64,000 nucleotides of DNA from Balanoglossus misakiensis (Eukaryota > Animalia > Hemichordata): contig CM082594.2 in assembly GCA_040954595.2 (NCBI GenBank), positions 8,695,512 to 8,759,511 on the forward strand. The letters are read 5' to 3'. Shown one piece after another: positions 53,801 through 64,000 of the stretch. A model generated the notes under the pieces. That model had not been told where the DNA came from, did not search any database, and saw only the letters and a program-made list of their open reading frames with translations. Each line of letters begins with the position of its first letter. Positions within the stretch are counted from its first letter, which is position 1. The translations under genes and the position numbers were made by a program.

Positions 53801-56800
53801 GGAAATCGTCCGAAAATGACAATTTTTCGACTTCCCGGCATTTCAAAATTTCATCGATTTTTGACAAAAACCATGGGTTATAGCTCAGGAAATCGTCCGA
53901 AAATGACAATTTTTCGACTTCCCGGCATTTCAAAATTTCATCGATTTTTGACAAAAAACCATGGGTTATAGCTCAGGAAATCGTCCGAAAATGACAATTT
54001 TTCGACTTCCCGGCATTTCAAAATTTCATCGATTTTTGACAAAAACCATGGGTTATAGCTCAGGAAATCGTCCAAAAATGACAATTTTTCGACTTCCCGG
54101 CATTTCAAAATTTCATCGATTTTTTGCCAAAAACCATGGGTTATAGCTCAGGAAATCGTCCAAAAATGACAATTTTTCGACTTCCCGGCATTTCAAAATT
54201 TCATCGATTTTTGACAAAAACCATGGGTTATAGCTCAGGAAATCGTCCAAAAATGACAATTTTTCGACTTCCCGGCATTTCAAAATTTCATCGATTTTTG
54301 ACAAAAACCATGGGTTATAGCTCAGGAAATCGTCCAAAAATGACAATTTTTCGACTTCCCGGCATTTCAAAATTTCATCGATTTTTGACAAAACCATGGG
54401 TTATAGCTCAGGAAATCGTCCAAAAATGACAATTTTTCGACTTCCCGGCATTTCAAAATTTCATCGATTTTTGACAAAAACCATGGGTTATAGCTCAGGA
54501 AATCGTCCAAAAATGACAATTTTTCGACTTCCCGGCATTTCAAAATTTCATCGATTTTTTGACAAAAACCATGGGTTATAGCTCAGGAAATCGTCCAAAA
54601 ATGACAATTTTTCGACTTCCCGGCATTTCAAAATTTCATCGATTTTTGACAAAAACCATGGGTTATAGCTCAGGAAATCGTCCAAAAATGACAATTTTTC
54701 GACTTCCCGGCATTTCAAAATTTCATCGATTTTTGACAAAAACCATGGGTTATAGCTCAGGAAATCGTCCAAAAATGACAATTTTTCGACTTCCCGGCAT
54801 TTCAAAATTTCATCGATTTTTGACAAAAACCATGGGTTATAGCTCAGGAAATCGTCCAAAAATGACAATTTTTCGACCTCCCGGCATTTCAAAATTTCAT
54901 CGATTTTTGACAAAAACCATGGGTTATAGCTCAGGAAATCGTCCGAAAATGACAATTTTTCGACCTCCCGGCATTTCAAAATTTCATCGATTTTTGACAA
55001 AAACCATGGGTTATAGCTCAGGAAATCGTCCGAAAATGACAATTTTTCGACCTCCCGGCATTTCAAAATTTCATCGATTTTTGACAAAAACCATGGGTTA
55101 TAGCTCAGGAAATCGTCCGAAAATGACAATTTTTCGACCTCCCGGCATTTCAAAATTTCATCGATTTTTGACAAAAACCATGGGTTATAGCTCAGGAAAT
55201 CGTCCGAAAATGACAATTTTTCGACTTCCCGGCATTTCAAAATTTCATCGATTTTTGACAAAAACCATGGGTTATAGCTCAGGAAATCGTCCAAAAATGA
55301 CAATTTTTCGACTTCCCGGCATTTCAAAATTTCATCGATTTTTGACAAAAACCATGGGTTATAGCTCAGGAAATCGTCCAAAAATGACAATTTTTCGACT
55401 TCCCGGCATTTCAAAATTTCATCGATTTTTGACAAAAACCATGGGTTATACCTCAGGAAATCGTCCGAAAATGACAATTTTTCGACTTCCCGGCATTTCA
55501 AAATTTCATCGATTTTTGACAAAAAACCATGGGTTATAGCTCAGGAAATCGTCCGAAAATGACAATTTTTCGACTTCCCGGCATTTCAAAATTTCATCGA
55601 TTTTTGACAAAAAACCATGGGTTATAGCTCAGGAAATCGTCCGAAAATGACAATTTTTCGACTTCCCGGCATTTCAAAATTTCATCGATTTTTGACAAAA
55701 ACCATGGGTTATAGCTCAGGAAATCGTCCGAAAATGACAATTTTTCGACTTCCCGGCATTTCAAAATTTCAACGATTTTTGACAAAAACCATGGGTTATA
55801 GCTCAGGAAATCGTCCAAAAATGACAATTTTTCGACTTCCCGGCATTTCAAAATTTCATCGATTTTTGACAAAAACCATGGGTTATAGCTCAGGAAATCG
55901 TCCAAAAATGACAATTTTTCGACTTCCCGGCATGTCAAAATTTCATCGATTTTTGACAAAAACCATGGGTTATAGCTCAGGAAATCGTCCAAAAATGACA
56001 ATTTTTCGACTTCCCGGCATGTCAAAATTTCATCGATTTTTGACAAAAACCATGGGTTATAGCTCAGGAAATCGTCCAAAAATGACAATTTTTCGACTTC
56101 CCGGCATTTCAAAATTTCATCGATTTTTGACAAAAACCATGGGTTATAGCTCAGGAAATCGTCCAAAAATGACAATTTTTCGACTTCCCGGCATTTCAAA
56201 ATTTCATCGATTTTTGACAAAAACCATGGGTTATAGCTCAGGAAATCGTCCGAAAATGACAATTTTTCGACTTCCCGGCATTTCAAAATTTCATCGATTT
56301 TTGACAAAAACCATGGGTTATAGCTCAGGAAATCGTCCAAAAATGACAATTTTTCGACTTCCCGGCATTTCAAAATTTCATCGATTTTTGACAAAAACCA
56401 TGGGTTATAGCTCAGGAAATCGTCCAAAAATGACAATTTTTCGACTTCCCGGCATTTCAAAATTTCATCGATTTTTGACAAAAACCATGGGTTATAGCTC
56501 AGGAAATCGTCCAAAAATGACAATTTTTCGACTTCCCGGCATTTCAAAATTTCATCGATTTTTGACAAAAACCATGGGTTATAGCTCAGGAAATCGTCCA
56601 AAAATGACAATTTTTCGACTTCCCGGCATTTCAAAATTTCATCGATTTTTGACAAAAACCATGGGTTATAGCTCAGGAAATCGTCCAAAAATGACAATTT
56701 TTCGACTTCCCGGCATTTCAAAATTTCATCGATTTTTGACAAAAACCATGGGTTATAGCTCAGGAAATCGTCCAAAAATGACAATTTTCGACTTCCCGGC

Positions 56801-59800
56801 ATTTCAAAATTTCATCGATTTTTGACAAAACCATGGGTTATAGCTCAGGAAATCGTCCAAAAATGACAATTTTTCGACTTCCCGGCATTTCAAAATTTCA
56901 TCGATTTTTGACAAAAACCATGGGTTATAGCTCAGGAAATCGTCCAAAAATGACAATTTTTCGACTTCCCGGCATTTCAAAATTTCATCGATTTTTGACA
57001 AAAACCATGGGTTATAGCTCAGGAAATCGTCCAAAAATGACAATTTTTCGACTTCCCGGCATTTCAAAATTTCATCGATTTTTGACAAAAACCATGGGTT
57101 ATAGCTCAGGAAATCGTCTAAAAATGACAATTTTTCGACTTCCCGGCATTTCAAAATTTCATCGATTTTTGACAAAAACCATGGGTTATAGCTCAGGAAA
57201 TCGTCCAAAAATGACAATTTTTCGACTTCCCGGCATTTCAAAATTTCATCGATTTTTGACAAAAACCATGGGTTATAGCTCAGGAAATCGTCCAAAAATG
57301 ACAATTTTTCGACTTCCCGGCATTTCAAAATTTCATCGATTTTTGACAAAAACCATGGGTTATAGCTCAGGAAATCGTCCAAAAATGACAATTTTTCGAC
57401 CTCCCGGCATTTCAAAATTTCATCGATTTTTGACAAAAACCATGGGTTATAGCTCAGGAAATCGTCCGAAAATGACAATTTTTCGACCTCCCGGCATTTC
57501 AAAATTTCATCGATTTTTGACAAAAACCATGGGTTATAGCTCAGGAAATCGTCCGAAAATGACAATTTTTCGACCTCCCGGCATTTCAAAATTTCATCGA
57601 TTTTTGACAAAAACCATGGGTTATAGCTCAGGAAATCGTCCGAAAATGACAATTTTTCGACTTCCCGGCATTTCAAAATTTCATCGATTTTTGACAAAAA
57701 CCATGGGTTATAGCTCAGGAAATCGTCCAAAAATGACAATTTTTCGACTTCCCGGCATTTCAAAATTTCATCGATTTTTGACAAAAACCATGGGTTATAG
57801 CTCAGGAAATCGTCCAAAAATGACAATTTTTCGACTTCCCGGCATTTCAAAATTTCATCGATTTTTGACAAAAACCATGGGTTATAGCTCAGGAAATCGT
57901 CCGAAAATGACAATTTTTCGACTTCCCGGCATTTCAAAATTTCATCGATTTTTGACAAAAAACCATGGGTTATAGCTCAGGAAATCGTCCGAAAATGACA
58001 ATTTTTCGACTTCCCGGCATTTCAAAATTTCATCGATTTTTGACAAAAAACCATGGGTTATAGCTCAGGAAATCGTCCGAAAATGACAATTTTTCGACTT
58101 CCCGGCATTTCAAAATTTCATCGATTTTTGACAAAAACCATGGGTTATAGCTCAGGAAATCGTCCGAAAATGACAATTTTTCGACTTCCCGGCATTTCAA
58201 AATTTCAACGATTTTTGACAAAAACCATGGGTTATAGCTCAGGAAATCGTCCAAAAATGACAATTTTTCGACTTCCCGGCATTTCAAAATTTCATCGATT
58301 TTTGACAAAAACCATGGGTTATAGCTCAGGAAATCGTCCAAAAATGACAATTTTTCGACTTCCCGGCATGTCAAAATTTCATCGATTTTGACAAAAACCA
58401 TGGGTTATAGCTCAGGAAATCGTCCAAAAATGACAATTTTTCGACTTCCCGGCATGTCAAAATTTCATCGATTTTTGACAAAAACCATGGGTTATAGCTC
58501 AGGAAATCGTCCAAAAATGACAATTTTTCGACTTCCCGGCATTTCAAAATTTCATCGATTTTTGACAAAAACCATGGGTTATAGCTCAGGAAATCGTCCA
58601 AAAATGACAATTTTTCGACTTCCCGGCATTTCAAAATTTCATCGATTTTTGACAAAAACCATGGGTTATAGCTCAGGAAATCGTCCAAAATGACAATTTT
58701 TCGACTTCCCGGCATTTCAAAATTTCATCGATTTTTGACAAAAACCATGGGTTATAGCTCAGGAAATCGTCCGAAAATGACAATTTTTCGACTTCCCGGC
58801 ATTTCAAAATTTCATCGATTTTTGACAAAAACCATGGGTTATAGCTCAGGAAATCGTCCAAAAATGACAATTTTTCGACTTCCCGGCATTTCAAAATTTC
58901 ATCGATTTTTGACAAAAACCATGGGTTATAGCTCAGGAAATCGTCCAAAAATGACAATTTTTCGACTTCCCGGCATTTCAAAATTTCATCGATTTTTGAC
59001 AAAAACCATGGGTTATAGCTCAGGAAATCGTCCAAAAATGACAATTTTTCGACTTCCCGGCATTTCAAAATTTCATCGATTTTTGACAAAAACCATGGGT
59101 TATAGCTCAGGAAATCGTCCAAAAATGACAATTTTTCGACTTCCCGGCATTTCAAAATTTCATCGATTTTTGACAAAAACCATGGGTTATAGCTCAGGAA
59201 ATCGTCCAAAAATGACAATTTTTCGACTTCCCGGCATTTCAAAATTTCATCGATTTTTGACAAAAACCATGGGTTATAGCTCAGGAAATCGTCCGAAAAT
59301 GACAATTTTTCGACTTCCCGGCATTTCAAAATTTCATCGATTTTTGACAAAAACCATGGGTTATAGCTCAGGAAATCGTCCGAAAATGACAATTTTTCGA
59401 CTTCCCGGCATTTCAAAATTTCATCGATTTTTGACAAAAACCATGGGTTATAGCTCAGGAAATCGTCCGAAAATGACAATTTTTCGACTTCCCGGCATTT
59501 CAAAATTTCATCGATTTTTGACAAAAACCATGGGTTATAGCTCAGGAAATCGTCCGAAAATGACAATTTTTCGACTTCCCGGCATTTCAAAATTTCATCG
59601 ATTTTTGACAAAAACCATGGGTTATAGCTCAGGAAATCGTCCGAAAATGACAATTTTTCGACTTCCCGGCATTTCAAAATTTCATCGATTTTTGACAAAA
59701 ACCATGGGTTATAGCTCAGGAAATCGTCCGAAAATGACAATTTTTCGACTTCCCGGCATTTCAAAATTTCATCGATTTTGACAAAAACCATGGGTTATAG

Positions 59801-62800
59801 CTCAGGAAATCGTCCGAAAATGACAATTTTTCGACTTCCCGGCATTTCAAAATTTCATCGATTTTTGACAAAAACCATGGGTTATAGCTCAGGAAATCGT
59901 CCAAAAATGACAATTTTTCGACTTCCCGGCATTTCAAAATTTCATCGATTTTTGACAAAAACCATGGGTTATAGCTCAGGAAATCGTCCAAAAATGACAA
60001 TTTTTCGACTTCCCGGCATTTCAAAATTTCATCGATTTTTGACAAAAACCATGGGTTATAGCTCAGGAAATCGTCCAAAAATGACAATTTTTCGACTTCC
60101 CGGCATGTCAAAATTTCATCGATTTTTGACAAAAACCATGGGTTATAGCTCAGGAAATCGTCCAAAAATGACAATTTTTCGACTTCCCGGCATGTCAAAA
60201 TTTCATCGATTTTTGACAAAAACCATGGGTTATAGCTCAGGAAATCGTCCAAAAATGACAATTTTTCGACTTCCCGGCATGTCAAAATTTCATCGATTTT
60301 TGACAAAAACCATGGGTTATAGCTCAGGAAATCGTCCAAAAATGACAATTTTTCGACTTCCCCGGCATTTCAAAATTTCATCGATTTTTGACAAAAACCA
60401 TGGGTTATAGCTCAGGAAATCGTCCAAAAATGACAATTTTTCGACTTCCCGGCATTTCAAAATTTCATCGATTTTTGACAAAAACCATGGGTTATAGCTC
60501 AGGAAATCGTCCGAAAATGACAATTTTTCGACTTCCCGGCATTTCAAAATTTCATCGATTTTTGACAAAAACCATGGGTTATAGCTCAGGAAATCGTCCA
60601 AAAATGACAATTTTTCGACTTCCCGGCATTTCAAAATTTCATCGATTTTTGACAAAAACCATGGGTTATAGCTCAGGAAATCGTCCAAAAATGACAATTT
60701 TTCGACTTCCCGGCATTTCAAAATTTCATCGATTTTTGACAAAAACCATGGGTTATAGCTCAGGAAATCGTCCAAAAATGACAATTTTTCGACTTCCCGG
60801 CATTTCAAAATTTCATCGATTTTTGACAAAAACCATGGGTTATAGCTCAGGAAATCGTCCAAAAATGACAATTTTTCGACTTCCCGGCATTTCAAAATTT
60901 CATCGATTTTTGACAAAAACCATGGGTTATAGCTCAGGAAATCGTCCAAAAATGACAATTTTTCGACTTCCCGGCATTTCAAAATTTCATCGATTTTTGA
61001 CAAAAACCATGGGTTATAGCTCAGGAAATCGTCCGAAAATGACAATTTTTCGACTTCCCGGCATTTCAAAATTTCATCGATTTTTGACAAAAACCATGGG
61101 TTATAGCTCAGGAAATCGTCCGAAAATGACAATTTTTCGACTTCCCGGCATTTCAAAATTTCATCGATTTTTGACAAAAACCATGGGTTATAGCTCAGGA
61201 AATCGTCCAAAAATGACAATTTTTCGACTTCCCGGCATTTCAAAATTTCATCGATTTTTGACAAAAACCATGGGTTATAGCTCAGGAAATCGTCCGAAAA
61301 TGACAATTTTTCGACTTCCCGGCATTTCAAAATTTCATCGATTTTTGACAAAAACCATGGGTTATAGCTCAGGAAATCGTCCGAAAATGACAATTTTCGA
61401 CTTCCCGGCATTTCAAAATTTCATCGATTTTTGACAAAAACCATGGGTTATAGCTCAGGAAATCGTCCAAAAATGACAATTTTTCGACTTCCCGGCATTT
61501 CAAAATTTCATCGATTTTTGACAAAAACCATGGGTTATAGCTCAGGAAATCGTCCAAAAATGACAATTTTTCGACTTCCCGGCATTTCAAAATTTCATCG
61601 ATTTTTGACAAAAAACCATGGGTTATAGCTCAGGAAATCGTCCAAAAATGACAATTTTTCGACTTCCCGGCATTTCAAAATTTCATCGATTTTTGACAAA
61701 AACCATGGGTTATAGCTCAGGAAATCGTCCGAAAATGACAATTTTTCGACTTCCCGGCATTTCAAAATTTCATCGATTTTTGACAAAAACCATGGGTTAT
61801 AGCTCAGGAAATCGTCCGAAAATGACAATTTTTCGACTTCCCGGCATTTCAAAATTTCATCGATTTTTGACAAAAACCATGGGTTATAGCTCAGGAAATC
61901 GTCCGAAAATGACAATTTTTCGACTTCCCGGCATTTCAAATTTCATCGATTTTTGACAAAAAACCATGGGTTATAGCTCAGGAAATCGTCCAGAAAATGA
62001 CAATTTTTCGACTTCCCGGCATTTCAAAATTTCATCGATTTTTGACAAAAACCATGGGTTATAGCTCAGGAAATCGTCCGAAAATGACAATTTTTCGACT
62101 TCCCGGCATTTCAAAATTTCATCGATTTTTGACAAAAACCATGGGTTATAGCTCAGGAAATCGTCCGAAAATGACAATTTTTCGACTTCCCGGCATTTCA
62201 AAATTTCATCGATTTTTGACAAAAACCATGGGTTATAGCTCAGGAAATCGTCCGAAAATGACAATTTTTCGACTTCCCGGCATTTCAAAATTTCATCGAT
62301 TTTTGACAAAAACCATGGGTTATAGCTCAGGAAATCGTCCGAAAATGACAATTTTCGACTTCCCGGCATTTCAAAATTTCATCGATTTTTGACAAAAACC
62401 ATGGGTTATAGCTCAGGAAATCGTCCGAAAATGACAATTTTTCGACTTCCCGGCATTTCAAAATTTCATCGATTTTTGACAAAAACCATGGGTTATAGCT
62501 CAGGAAATCGTCCGAAAATGACAATTTTTCGACTTCCCCGGCATTTCAAAATTTCATCGATTTTTGACAAAAACCATGGGTTATAGCTCAGGAAATCGTC
62601 CAAAAATGACAATTTTTCGACTTCCCGGCATTTCAAAATTTCATCGATTTTTGACAAAAACCATGGGTTATAGCTCAGGAAATCGTCCAAAATGACAATT
62701 TTTCGACTTCCCGGCATGTCAAAATTTCATCGATTTTTGACAAAAACCATGGGTTATAGCTCAGGAAATCGTCCAAAAATGACAATTTTTCGACTTCCCG

Positions 62801-64000
62801 GCATGTCAAAATTTCATCGATTTTTGACAAAAACCATGGGTTATAGCTCAGGAAATCGTCCAAAAATGACAATTTTTCGACTTCCCGGCATGTCAAAATT
62901 TCATCGATTTTTGACAAAAACCATGGGTTATAGCTCAGGAAATCGTCCAAAAATGACAATTTTTCGACTTCCCGGCATGTCAAAATTTCATCGATTTTTG
63001 ACAAAAACCATGGGTTATAGCTCAGGAAATCGTCCAAAAATGACAATTTTTCGACTTCCCGGCATTTCAAAATTTCATCGATTTTTGACAAAACCATGGG
63101 TTATAGCTCAGGAAATCGTCCAAAAATGACAATTTTTCGACTTCCCGGCATTTCAAAATTTCATCGATTTTTGACAAAAACCATGGGTTATAGCTCAGGA
63201 AATCGTCCAAAAATGACAATTTTTCGACTTCCCGGCATTTCAAAATTTCATCGATTTTTGACAAAAACCATGGGTTATAGCTCAGGAAATCGTCCAAAAA
63301 TGACAATTTTTCGACTTCCCGGCATTTCAAAATTTCATCGATTTTTGACAAAAACCATGGGTTATAGCTCAGGAAATCGGCCAAAAATGACAATTTTTCG
63401 ACTTCCCGGCATTTCAAAATTTCATCGATTTTTGACAAAAACCATGGGTTATAGCTCAGGAAATCGTCCAAAAATGACAATTTTTCGACTTCCCGGCATT
63501 TCAAAATTTCATCGATTTTTGACAAAAACCATGGGTTATAGCTCAGGAAATCGTCCAAAATGACAATTTTTCGACTTCCCGGCATTTCAAAATTTCATCG
63601 ATTTTTGACAAAAAACCATGGGTTATAGCTCAGGAAATCGTCCAAAAATGACAATTTTTCGACTTCCCGGCATTTCAAAATTTCATCGATTTTTGACAAA
63701 AACCATGGGTTATAGCTCAGGAAATCGTCCACTCACGAAGGGAAATCGTCCGAAAATGACAATTTTCGACTTCCAGCATTCAAAATTTCATCGATTTTGA
63801 CAAAAACCATGGGTTATAGCTCAGGAATCTCCAAAAATGACAATTTTCGACTTCCGGCATTTCAAAATTTCAACGATTTTTGACCAAAAACAGGGTTATA
63901 GCTCAGGAAATCGTCCAAAATGACAATTTTTCGACTTCCCGGCATTTCAAATTCATCGATTTTTGACAATAACCATGGGTTATCGCTCAGGAAATCGTCC
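50818..64000. repeat. 87-bp satellite DNA array (about 3 diverged edge monomers then about 148 near-identical monomers; runs off the window)
   Basis: Unit AAAAACCATGGGTTATAGCTCAGGAAATCGTCCAAAAATGACAATTTTTCGACTTCCCGGCATTTCAAAATTTCATCGATTTTTGAC, homogeneous from about 51078. Confidence 0.99.

Noticed and set aside
51056-63800. Dozens of 60-400 aa ORFs on both strands
   Set aside because: Translations of the 87-bp satellite monomer; no unique N/C termini or splice structure
50818-64000. CRISPR-like array
   Set aside because: Head-to-tail near-identical monomers with no unique spacers, no cas genes, eukaryotic context
63720-64000. Apparently more diverged monomers and an insertion at the far end of the array
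   Set aside because: Dense single-base indels look like low-coverage long-read consensus error rather than biology

Overview
Eukaryotic (metazoan, probably marine invertebrate; taxon not determinable from sequence alone) genomic DNA with spliced genes. From left to right: (1) a complete 5-exon glass-family C2H2 zinc-finger transcription factor gene (+, 3727-8031, about 410 aa); (2) about 21 kb of repeat/relic-rich DNA with microsatellites, MITEs, two tiny P-element-like footprints and an approximately 11 kb tract of decayed, apparently intron-less reading frames (17.8-29.2 kb); (3) an uncharacterised basic, low-complexity protein gene (+, 29645-32128); (4) a complete 43-exon, about 2050-aa type I membrane multi-C-type-lectin receptor (-, 50435-33876) with 12 CTLDs, a PAN/apple domain and a farnesoic-acid-O-methyltransferase-like (Methyltransf_FA) domain encoded by one symmetric exon inserted INSIDE CTLD6; (5) an 87-bp satellite array that starts about 380 bp upstream of the lectin start codon and runs to the window end (about 150 copies, with 12-mer and 28-mer block duplications). 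Exon models were assembled by hand from GT-AG sites and phase consistency, not from transcript data.
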